Shown here: positions 39,185-50,764 of the stretch, piece by piece | How the letters are laid out: every line of letters begins with the position of its first letter | Position numbering within the stretch: the stretch's first letter is position 1 | Assembly (NCBI GenBank): GCA_013265495.1 | Contig: MU058213.1 | Span: 6,650,066-6,714,065, forward strand | Length of the DNA stretch: 64,000 nucleotides | Reading direction: 5' to 3' | DNA from: Vicugna vicugna | Lineage: Eukaryota | Position numbers and translations under genes: made by a program | Notes under the pieces: generated by a model | Seen by the model: only the letters and a program-made list of their open reading frames with translations | Told to the model about the DNA's origin: nothing | The model's database searches: none

Positions 39185-39805
39185 AGGGGCATGACTTTTC
39201 TGACACTTCAAGCTCATGTTGGTCAAATATGCAACCATGGCTACACAAAAGTCTTGAAGCAGAATGATGCATGTGTTTTCAGTAAGCAACCTTCAGCGTG
39301 TTAACAAGGATTGACAGTTTATATTAGCAGTAGTGTCTGCTATGCTCTGACACAGTAATTCTACTCCTAGGTATATACTCAATGCATAAATCTGTGCCCC
39401 AAACAACAAGTACAAGAATATGCAAACAAACATGGCTGGCAATAGCCACTAACTGGAAATTATACCCAAACGGCCATCGGCGGGTCAGTGGATGAGTACA
39501 TTGTGGCCAACGTGCACAAGGTCCTCTGCTCCACTGTGAGTCCAGGCAGCCGTCCTCTCTCACTCTGGGCCTGGCTGCAGCCTCCTGACTTGCCTTCCTG
39601 CCTCATTTTTCCTTCCTGTAGTTCTTCTTTTGTAAAGCAGTTAGAGTGATCTTTCTAATTCATAAATCAAATTATATGCCATTCCCCTGCTTCGCATCCT
39701 CGAATGGGAGTTCACTTAATTTAGAATACAGTTCGAATTCTCTCTTGTATCCTGCCTACCTCTTCTCCTTCCTGTCTGTCCTTCCCCTGTTCACTACGCT
39801 CATTT

Positions 39806-39898
39806 ATTTACTTATTTCTTATGGAGGTGTTGGGGATTGAACCCAGGACCTCATGCATGCTCTAAGCACATGTTCTGTCACTGAGCCACACCCCTCCC
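39806..39898 (-). mobile_element. tRNA-Ala-derived SINE (vic-1 type)
   Basis: atggaggtgttggggattgaacccaggacctcatgcatgctctaagcacatgttctgtcactgagccacaccc is the reverse complement of the SINE head at 7945. Confidence 0.88.
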
Positions 39899-41839
39899 TC
39901 GTCATTTTTTTTTTTTTGAGGTATAACTTATATAGAAAAGTGAACAGATCTTAAGCAATTAAAAGACACAAAAGAATTTTAGGTAGAGGTGACAGGGCCT
40001 GTTTTGAGTTTTAGAAAGGCAGTCCTTACAGCAAAGAAGGGGAAATGGTCTGAGGAAGCCAAGCTGAAGGGAGACGAGGACTGAAGTGTTTGTCAGAAGT
40101 GCGGTGAGAAATAATTAAGACGTGAACAAAGGCAGTGGCAGTGGGAAGGGAAATGAGGGACTCTACCAGCATCCCAGGCTCTCTGGAGTGGCTTAGAGAG
40201 ATCTGAATCACCTTACTGTCCTCCGCTGATGGATTTGCCCTCAACTAGAAATAGGAAATTAACTATAACTTGGATTATAGCTTAGTATTTCTCGCTAACT
40301 AGACCTGTAATTACTTTTTCTTAGAAAGTGTACGGTCTCGGCAGTGCTCTTTTTTCTTTTAACTTCCCTTGCTCATTTAACATTTTGATTGTTTTGATGC
40401 AGTATGTTACTAATAACGCTTCCTCATCTTCGATCCCAGTCTTTCTCCTGCTTTTTTCCAGCCAGTATATGAATAAAATATTGAGCTGCTGATTAATGAC
40501 CCCATATGTGCTACCTTGAGATGTCTGAAGGAATTATCCAAAAGCCCAGACAGCTCTATAATGTCACATTTAAATTAGAGTCTGAATCTGTAAAACGCTG
40601 TTCCTCTGTTGTGAATGCTGTGTTATAAAGATGGTAATCAGACCTAATTTTCTTTAAAGAGAAAGGATAGAAACATTATCTTTAAATGCCAAGAAAAGAA
40701 CACGAAATACACTAGTTCTAATGGACAAATACGGAAATTAGTCCTTTGACTTCAGCTACACTTTGTCCTAGAAAGTGTGCCTTCTCAGGGATGTCTAAGA
40801 ATGGATGGGAATTCTGGCTTTTGTTTTTAATTGCTTTTGTCTTAGAACTCTGAGGTGCCATCACTTTCCCCTCTGTTGGCTTTTTGGCCCTTGCACTGGC
40901 ACTGTAGTTCTTCCCAGAGAGGGCACTGGCAGTGGGCACTGACTTCTTATTACAGAAAAACATACCACCTGTCAGGGCTGTAAAGCAGTCAGTAGAGTCT
41001 TTGAGCTGACTATAACTGAGATTCCGTATGGAAACACAATAGAGCTAGAGTCCACGAGGAGCTCTGTCATCCTGAACCCAAACAATAACAAAAACAAACC
41101 CAACAATAATCATAGCAGCAGAAGTAACTGCATGGATGGCAGGGATAATACAGCCGATACGATTAAGTTTTATTATACGTCAGGCACTGCTCGGTACTTT
41201 ACATACTGCACCTCATTTAATCTTAACTCCATGAAACTGATATCCTGTTGTTATCAAAGGTCACACTGCTGGGAAAAGGCAGAGTGAAGATCCAAACCAA
41301 TGTCTGTCTGATGCCAAAGAACAAACTTTTCACCACTGTATCGTACTGTAAGGATCTGAGCTACTACACAGCTTGACATTCAGAGACTTAACCCATGGTG
41401 ACTTTCTCCATGTAAATAACATCTTGGACAGTTCAACTGATATTGAAAGGACAGCAAACACTACTTGGATTGGAACATACAACCCTAAAAGCAATGTCTG
41501 AACCTAGTGGCTGAATGACCAATGGTTATACAGATCTCAAAGCTTCCAGACAGCTCAAATTTATACTTCCTTCTACTCCCATGAGTATCATTCCACTTAT
41601 CAGACCCCATGTCTCAATTTTTTAATTAGAAACTATGGTGATGGCCACCACACTGATCCTTTGAAGCCAGGAAAAGGGGACCCTTGTCTTCACCTTGAGA
41701 GTCTTTTAAGACCTAAGTGCCACTAAGTCCACTCAACACTGACCATGCTCCGTCTCTGAGGACAGGTCACAATTTCAAATGCTTTCATGTTATTGTATGC
41801 TGCCTCATCTTAAAGCAAATTTTACTGATGAAATCTTCT

Positions 41840-44430
41840 GAAAATGACAAAATTATTCCAAAGTTCATCTTGAAGAAAAAAAAAAGTAAAAGAATAGTTA
41901 AGACAAGAAAAAGGTCCCTGTATTTTAGCATATATTTAAAAGCTTCAATAATTTAAAAAGACTGGTGCAAAAATTGACATTTATATATGTATGTGTGCAT
42001 GCGTGTGTATATATCTATATATGGAATTACATATATGATGAAGGAATAGTTACATACCAGTGAGAATGTGATGGATGTTCCTATTGTAGTGTAAGGAAAA
42101 TTGGCTCTCGGGAAAAAGTTAAGTTAGATTTTTACCTTAAACTATAGCACTGAATATATTCCACATGGTTTGAAAACTAAGTGTAAATATTAAAAACTTG
42201 ATTTTATTTTTCAAATGGAAGGAAAAATATAGACAAATATTTAACTTTTCTTAGACTAGGCAAGGAATGCCTAAGCATGAGAGAGATGGATGACATCATC
42301 AAAGAAAACGTAAACAAATCTGGCCGCTTAAAAGCTAAAGGGTCTGCCAGTCAAGAAAACACACACACACACACACAAAAAACTCTAGAAAAGTTATTTA
42401 CAACGAACAGTACAAAGGATTAAAGTTTTTGATATGTTTTTAAACTTGCAAATAAATACCACAATAGAAAACCAATAAACTTATAAATATCTATAAAACT
42501 GAGCTGTTCAATCTTACTTGTAATAAAAAAAAAGTTAATGTCAATAATGAACGCAGTGAGATCAGCATTCTCAAACACTAGAGGGACTGTTGACTATTAC
42601 TAACTGCTGTATAGCGATTTGGCAAGCATATTAAAGACATTAAAAAATTCACAATCTTTGTCAAAATAATTGCAAATCTAGCAATTTTGGTGAAAGTCTT
42701 ATCTACAAAGGCATTCATTAAAATATTATTTATATTATTCACCAAAGGGAATTAAGTTTCCATGGGGAAATGGTTGATTCAAGAGCTGAGACACAAAATG
42801 TTAAAGTAAGCTTAGAACATGAGTCAAAAAACAAGGAAACCCAAAGACTACCAAAAAAAAACGGATGCCAAAAGACACAGAAGTCAGTTAGGAGGGGTGC
42901 CCATTAGACAACTTGGGCATCAGAAAGTTATTTTAATTGACCGGACAACACTAAAGAAAACCCCATGAGTCTATAGTAACACTAAGGAAAAAAAAAAAAG
43001 TAAATGAGAGAGGGAGAGAGAAACAAGCAAAATTCATTTACCTCACTTTTAAAATCTGTACTTAAAACATAAGTAGTAAGGATTTACCCTGCATTTGGAG
43101 AGGTAAAACTCTTATTTCCAAAAGAATATCAGCTATTAAAGGTAGATGAAATAAGAGAATTATAAAAATCACCACTTGAAGCTCCCCATAAAATAACCGG
43201 GTTTAGGCAAGAAACACCAATGATGCTAAAAACCATTAGGTGAAAAGTTGTTGGGGATAGGATAATCGTATGATACCAAAGGAGCACCCTGTAGAAAATG
43301 TACTAATTGTAAAGGGAAAAACATACCTCTAAATAAAGAATCTAGTGGTCACTTCCTGAACTGAGTAGTCAAATTTCACATGAGTGATTATGGGACAATC
43401 TAAAGTTATATACCCTTCTGATGATGTAATCACCCACAAACTGTCTTTGCCAAAATGGTTTATCTAAACCTAATTAAGACTTTAGACCTAACTTTCAGTT
43501 TACAAGAAATCCAGAGGCTGGAGGAACAAGTTAAATGACACTACCATGGAACAATCAGACAAATTCAGAACGTCAGAGTTATGTAGGAGAATGTCTTTAT
43601 TCTTAAGAGAGGCAGGCGGAAGTCTTTAAGAGTGAAATGTTATGATGTTAGCAATTGATTTTTTTAAATTAAAAATTTTTTGTTGTTGTTGGGGGAAGGT
43701 AATTAGTCTTACTTATTTATTTATTTTTAGAGGAGGTACTGGGGACTGAATCCATGACCTCATGCATGCTAAGCACGCGGTCTACCACTTGAGCCATACC
43801 CTCCCCTAGCAATAAAAATATACTCAGTACATATGCCTATGTCCACACAGATACACACACACACATGCACACACACATGCACACACACACAATACAGAAA
43901 ATACGGCCAAATGTTTAAAAGACATTTAAAGTGTGGGTCTATGCTACTCTATTTTTTCAACTTTTATATATGTGTGATATTTTTCATAGTAAGTTAGAAA
44001 AAAATATAAAAAACTGACATTATGTATATGCCAAAAATTATATGATGATTCATTAAATGAGAGAACAGTCATAGAGTTGATATTATACACATATTAAACA
44101 TCTTCTCAAAGAATTTCCACATAGGTAAATAGTCACAATTCAGTGATGAAGGAGGAAAAACTGCATGTGAAACTTTACATATGGCATGTATAACTTCACT
44201 TCATGTCACAGTCACCTAACACATTTATTGAGCAATTATAATGTGCCAGTAACTCTTCTAGGTGCATAAGAATAAAAAATACACCTTAATGTTAAGAGGG
44301 TTGTCCCTGGCTGTTAGGGTTATAGGTAATCCTGATTAACTTCTGATACTTTTCTAAATTTTTCAAATCATACAATCATTTTTACAGTAAAAATAACAAA
44401 CAAGCATTTTGCTTAAGAGCAGTCACTAAG
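41840..44430 (+). mobile_element. Decayed old L1 fragments (L1ME/L1MC-like ORF2 end and 3'UTR)
   Basis: gaaaatgacaaaattattccaaagttcatc, aagttagatttttaccttaaactata, ctaattaagactttagacctaactttcagtttacaagaaa...ggaacaagttaaatgacac. Boundaries approximate. Confidence 0.7.
43656..43806 (-). mobile_element. tRNA-Ala-derived SINE (vic-1 type) with extended tail
   Basis: ggaggtactggggactgaatccatgacctcatgcatgctaagcacgcggtctaccacttgagccataccctcccc plus the ggtaattag/(ttta)n tail; tagcaat on both sides (43649-43655, 43807-43813). Confidence 0.9.
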
Positions 44431-44611
44431 AATTAGATATTAACAATAGCTGATACTGACCAAGCACCTGGTACGGGCAACCCCTCTTCTCCATGCACAA
44501 CAGGGACAAATCTACTTAGCCCTCCCCTTAACTCCTGGAGGTGAGCATTATTTTTATCCCCATTTTATATACAGAAACTGAGCACTGAAAGGTTTGGTAA
44601 TTTGCCAAAGG

Positions 44612-44806
44612 CAATGAATCTTAAAGGAGGGAGGCATCCCCAAGGAACATTTGGCAATGTTGGGAGACATTTTGGTTGTCACACCAAGGAGAGGGAGGAT
44701 GGAGACCAGGGATGTGGTTAAACATCCTACAATGCCCAGGACAGCTCCCCACAACAAGAAAATGATCAGCCCCAAATGCCTAAAGTGCTGAGGCTGAGAA
44801 ATCCTG
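44612..44806. mobile_element. MER20 hAT-Charlie element inserted in a MIR
   Basis: catttggcaatgttgggagacattttggttgtcac...aaacatcctacaatgcccaggacagctccccacaacaa...gtgctgaggctgagaaatcctg; MIR core (cccattttatatacagaaactgag) on the left and MIR continuation on the right. Confidence 0.88.
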
Positions 44807-45107
44807 ACCTAAGATCACCTCGCTGGTAAATGATAGAGCCCAGCTTTGAGCCCAAGAAGCCAGGCTCCCAAATCTACCCCCTTCATCACTCTACACTCTT
44901 CTTAAAACACTCTAATGTTTTGTCATTAAATGTTACAGTGTTTATGTACTGAGAGTAATTACTAGTAATAACTGCTGTCATATATGATGTTTTGTGACTT
45001 ATCAAAAAACTAACCCAAAATAAGAAAGTAATAATCTATTTCTAAAAGCTCAAGAGGTACAAATTAACTAAGATGGGATATGATGTGGTAAAAGGGCATT
45101 CCACTGG

Positions 45108-45624
45108 TGATACAGGAAAATGTGGGGTGAAAGGATGGCCGTGTCCCAGGTCTCAGTTGAGTCCCTGGAATGCACCCCGCCAAGTGTGGGTTCTTGGCAT
45201 CACACAGGAAAGAATTCAAGAGCAAGCCACAGTTGAATAAAAGTAGATTTATTCTGAGAGTTATATACTCCATAGACAGAGTGCAGCCCGTCTCAGAAAG
45301 CCAGAAAGGCCACACGGTGTGGGGTTGTTAGCTTTTATGGGCTCAGTTATTTCATATGCTAACAAGTGGGAGGATTATGCCAGCTACTTTGGTGAGGGGG
45401 CAAGGAATCCCAGGAATTGGGCCACTGCCCACTATTTGACCTTTCATGGTCAGCCTCAGAACTGTCATGGCACCTGTGGGTGTGTCATTTACCATGATAA
45501 TATATTACAATGCGTGTAGAATGAAGCTCAAGACCTACTGGGAGTTGACTCTCCCGCCATCTTGGTGTTAATCGCTGTGTCATTCCTTTAATGGCTGTGC
45601 CTTGCCCTCTCCCCTCCTGTCTCA
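45108..45624 (-). mobile_element. ERV1-type solo LTR
   Basis: TG...CA ends (tgatacagg / cctgtctca); minus-strand AATAAA at 45248-45253; gtgggttcttggcatcacacaggaaagaattcaagagcaagcc is typical of ERV1 LTR R/U5. No clear TSD. Confidence 0.75.
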
Positions 45625-47019
45625 TTAAGATAATTTTTTCACAAAGCAATTTTGCTGTCTGCATCAAAATCTTAATATTTATAATCTTTGATCCAGAAAT
45701 TCCACTTTGGAAAATTTATTCTAGGAATATAAATCAGAATGCATCAAAATCCTGGTATGCAAGTATACTTTTTAGAGTGGAAAAAAAAAAAGGAAGCTAC
45801 TCAGCTGTCTAATAAGAACTTAATAAACTGGGCACACATGCTTGAGAGACCTCTGTAAGAGTGTGGAAAATCATGTATCGTATATTATTAGGTGAACAAA
45901 AGAAACAGGATATAAAAGTCACAGACATACGTTTACAAGCCCCTTAAATAGTGTCATTTGAAAGATAAAAAGGAAACACATCACCAGTTGTTGGATTAGG
46001 ATTATAGGGTAAAGAGTAATTACTTTACCTTTTCTATCTTGTCTTTTATTTTCAAAATTGTCTGAAATATAGCTGTGAATTTTTATGGAGTAAAAACAAT
46101 CAGAATATTTTTAGATGTACCTAAATCCTGACAAAATAATACCTTTTTTAAAGGGAGGTGCTTTAAACCTGAAATACGTGCAAACAAGCTTATGACCTAG
46201 ATCCAAGCACTTTCACGGTAAAAACAAATCTGAGAACAGAGCCAATGGTCCTCCCAACAGAGTCTCCATATAGCTATTAGATGAAAAAATCTCCTCTCTG
46301 GCAATCTTAATGTTTCCTTCTCTCTCTATAATAACTTGATGCATAAAAATTAATCTTTTCCCTCGGCTTTGATCCCTGAGCTCCTTAGCGAAGATTCCGT
46401 CTTGTTCTATAACACATGATGAAGCATTTTCCCTGTTATAATGTGACAATGGCCCTACTGAGCACAACAATTTGAGTCTGAATGGGCCACAGCCAAAGAG
46501 GAAATCTTAAGAGGCAATTCCACCTAGAACTATTTGGCAAATGCATAAAAAAGACACATTAACACTGTCTGAAAAGAGTGCCCTTAACAAAAGAACACAA
46601 AGCAGAGCTGGGGATGGGGAGGTGGTGGGGTGGGGAGGGGGGCGCAAAGGAAAAGTAAAAAGGTGAGATATTCCTGGGGTCTCATCCCCAAGGGCTAGTC
46701 CTGTAGATCAGTCAGTTTCACTCAAAAAAAATTTTTTTTTAAACTTTCAATAAAAAAGATTGTCAAGGCTAGGGAAAAAGCATTCTTTAATTAGTTTACT
46801 CAAATATTGTCTGACATCTAGAATCTCAATATTAGCAAAAATGTGATAATTATAGCTGGAAGGGGTTTTTTATTGAATGTAAATTCATGAAGAACACTTT
46901 TAGCATATCTCACTCCCTATTGTTATTTCTCATGCTGTGTTCACACGTAACTGGACGCCTTTGGGCTCCACTCTGAAATCTGATCTCAAATTCACAGCCT
47001 CCATACTTCCTTTTAAAGT

Positions 47020-47603
47020 AGTTGCAGTTCAGCAGCAAGCTCACAGAGGACGCGTCCAACCCATCCCGAGGGAAAATACAACCTGAACAGAGCCTGCGGA
47101 CCTGGGGGGACCCGGACCTGCAGGATGCCCGTGAAGGAGTGGGAAACAGACTAACTTCCCTGATGCTAAGTCTGTTTGCTGATTCTGTCTGACAAAGAAA
47201 CCCCACAGTTTGCTTTCTCTCCCTTACTGCTTTTGTGCTAAACAACCCCCAAGCTTCTCCCAGAGGCTTTGCTCCAGGAAGGAGGAAAAGGGCTGATAAT
47301 CTCAGAATGGACAGACCTCCAGAGTTCCTCCATGAGGCCAGAAAGATTTATCAAGGTTAAGAGGAATGTAGCAGCCCCCTGTAAAGTGCCCTGATTGTTA
47401 TCACCTTTTCTGTTCCACCCAGTTTTTCTACAAAACCTCAAGGCCCCAACTCCAAGATGGACTCCCAGTCTCTAAAGCAGGTAGCCTGCGGTGACTCCCC
47501 TTTGCCTGGCAAAGCAATAAAGCAGTTCTTCTCTGATTTTCCCAAAACTCTGCCTCCAAGTCTTAATTTGTCTTTTGGGGTAGAGGCAGGTTTTGCAGCA
47601 ACA
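47020..47603 (+). mobile_element. ERV solo LTR (5' boundary uncertain)
   Basis: cccctttgcctggcaaagcaataaagc (AATAAA at 47516) and a 3' end ttttgcagcaaca; gttgcag at 47021 is a possible inverted terminus. Confidence 0.65.
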
Positions 47604-48775
47604 CCCAGACTGCTCCAAAAGGGATCTCCTGTATTAAATGAGGTCCCACATCCCACCACTGCAGTACACAGAGGGCTCTGTGTGTTTTCCACCAACCACT
47701 GCAACCCATTTGGCTGTCAATTCAGTGAAAGAGCTTGCCAACCCAATCTCAATATTTGTTTGAAGGGAGAGAACAGAAGCAGGGAACATGTGTTTAGTGT
47801 TCAAGTGGGTCAGGTCTGTGCAAACAGGCAGTTACTTTTATAGAGGAGGATACTGGGACTGGGAGAGGTTAAACGACTTGCCCACACCATGTGATTAGTG
47901 AGTGGCACAACCACAACCTGAAGGTAGGTCTGCCTCACATCAGAGCTTGTGCTCTGTCCTCTCTAGGACTTGTTGGCATGGGGGGAAGGGAGAGGGACAC
48001 TCCATCGCACAAATAAATTCACATGCACACACCCAAGCGTGAGCTGACCTTGTACACCTTCTCCCAAATAGCAACGTATCATTGTGCGTTCCTGTAGTAA
48101 ACACTGAGAGGTGGTAATGTTTGCTGGTTGGTTTGTTTTTTGTTTGGGGTGGCAGCCACTGACTACTTCTTCTAGGATTGTAACCTCAAATGCCCACAGG
48201 GGCCACTCTTTCCTCCAGGCATCAGGAAGAGGTGGGGACCAGAGCAGCCTGGAGAGAAGAAGCCCCTTCTCAAGGGCAGAGTTACATGACAAGTACCTCA
48301 TGTCACTATGGGCAGTGTTCCCGGTGTGCAGAGCTTTGCATTTTTCAAAAAGTGCCAGAAACTTCTTATTTTTATGTGAACGCTCCAAATTTATTTTAAA
48401 GTTGGTGACTATTAAAAATTTTTTTTTAATTATTTGAGCCAAAACAAAACCAAACCATGTCTGTGAGCCTGATTTGGTCTTGGCCCTTTGCTTTGCAACT
48501 TCTGGTCTAGATGATAAACTTGTGCCAGACCTGATAAGGGGGGAATGACCATAGGTCAGTCCTTGTAGGGGTAACAGACACAGCTAATCGCTCCCACCAT
48601 GCGGGCGGTGAGAAACACCCTGTCTCTTTTAGGCAGTGGCTGTCGGCCTAACATTATTCTTTGGAAAAAGGAAACACTTATCACAAATTCTCTATTTAAA
48701 TATGTATACATTTCAAAACCAGTATCAGTGAAGTGGGCAAGAGGTAAGAGGGATTTTACAGATTAGAAAAATAGA

Positions 48776-48913
48776 CTGGGATTTCAAAATTGTAGAATAG
48801 ATAAACAAGATTACACTGTATAGCACAGGGAAATATACACAAAATGTTATGATAAATCACAGAGAAAAAAAAAGCAAGTAAATAAACTAATAAATAAAAC
48901 TGAAAAAAAAAAA
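48776..48913 (+). mobile_element. Young L1 3'UTR fragment with a non-L1 A-rich tail
   Basis: Same family as 11541-11729 up to cacagagaaaaaa, then diverges; TSD agaaaaataga at 48765-48775 and 48914-48924. Confidence 0.8.
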
Positions 48914-50367
48914 AGAAAAATAGAGAAACCAGTTTAAAAAAATAGTAAAAGACACTGGTTAGTATTAAGCAAATGCTTAATAAGAATCCCATAACAAGAG
49001 CCAACTACCAATGAGAGACGCATCACAGGACTTCCTGGTGGGGCCATTTCTTTCAGAGGGAGCACATTTCCCACTATCCATCCTTTCCCCCACCTCTTTC
49101 CTTTCCATCTCAGCCACAGACCAATTCCAGCTATGTTTTATTACTAAAGTCCTCTTGCAAACGAGGAAACAGAAAATGAAACATAGTCTGGTGGTCCTAG
49201 CCATGCTGGCTCAGGCACCCCAAGTACATCTTCAAACAACCTTACCGTCTAGCAAGATGAGTGCTCTCACACGAAAATATGCATTCAGATGGAAGCTTTT
49301 GAACGCTTTCTTGCTTATGGAAACGTGCAGATGCAGGGACATTTAATGGTGTGCTGTGCTGAGATGTAAGTAGATGAAACAAATTGTGATGAGCTCACAG
49401 ATGTGAAAGAACATTTGGGAAAATCCTATTTTACTAGTTGTTAAAACTTTTAAATCTCTCTCCAACTGGGCACTACCTTATAACGAATTAATTCTAGCAG
49501 CAAAATGCTCCTAGGAGAGCAACTCAAGTGTATAAATTTCTAAGTCGAAATAAAACCATTTTGCTGCTATTTGTGGTAGAGAAGCTGTTCCCTCTCTCTA
49601 GTCCATCAGGAAGAGGTGTAGAATTCCATGGTCTGAGAAATGTGTTATCAAATCCAAGCTTTAAGCTCAGACCTTTGATTCTGTGATTCCATCTGGCAGT
49701 GCTATATAGCTTGATAGAAAAGCTTAAATAGCATGGCCTCGTCCACGCTCACGGAACCAGAAAGCAGCAGAGTGGCTACTCTTGATCTTGGGCAAGGCCA
49801 GGCTAGTTAAGCTGTTATCAAAGGTGTGTCCCAGAAAAAACTGACATGAAATTTCAACCCCCACTCCACTCTTACTAGCTGTGTGAACCTTGGGCAAGTT
49901 CCTTAACATCTCTGAGCTTCATTTTCCTTACCCCTAAAAGTAAGGGTGAAGGTTAAAAAAATTACAATAGTCAACTTTTTGTCTATAGTCTCTAAGTAAG
50001 AAAGCTCAGTACTGGGCTCACTGCATAGCTTATCTCATTTAATGATACCTTATATCAATAGTTATCAATAAAATTCGTAAGTTATTTTCAATTTTGTGAT
50101 GATTTTTATGATTTTATATGATTTACAATAACTTACAATATGATATGATTTATATAACTTAATAGTTATCAATAAAACTGATAATAACTTATGAATATTT
50201 AATGATACCTTATCATTAACTATTAACAACCTCAAAAAATTTTAAGTTAATTAAAAACAATTGACAATAATACCATCTTTGTAGGATCATCATGATGATT
50301 AAATGACAGAAAACAGATTAAAGCTCTTAACCAACCAAAAGATATATGGACGTTAATTATAACATAC

Positions 50368-50742
50368 CGTTAAACACAAGACAACAGGCCCAAAATGGAA
50401 TGGCTAAGCCCTATGTCACCAAAATGAGACTCAACCATTTTGGCTTGCCTAGAAATGTACACTTAACACAAGTCAGTCAGGAATCACCTGGTCAGCACTC
50501 GTTAGGTAATCTGCCCGAGAGACCCCTTTGGTCCCCTAAAGGAAAGTAACCTTACAGCAGCCAACTCCTTCTTTGCCTAGTATAGCTTCCTTGTTCCCGC
50601 TCTCTTCTGCCTATAAGTCTTTCATCTTACACAGCTCCTCCAAGCTTTTTCTAGCTGCTAGACTGGATGCTGTCTGATTTGAATCCATCTTTGTTCAAAT
50701 AAACTATTAAATGTTTAATAAGCCTCAGTTTATTTTTTAACA
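50368..50742 (+). mobile_element. 5' LTR
   Basis: (c)gttaa...ttaaca; ctataag TATA-like and aataaa near 50698; homologous to 56055-56402. Confidence 0.9.
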
Positions 50743-50746
50743 GTTC

Positions 50747-50764
50747 TGGTATCAGAAGAGGGGG
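50747..50764 (+). other. Primer binding site, tRNA-Leu(CAA)-like
   Basis: tggtatcagaagaggggg, 4 nt after the LTR, resembles TGGTGTCAGAAGTGGGAT (complement of the tRNA-Leu-CAA 3' end) with a few mismatches. Confidence 0.7.
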
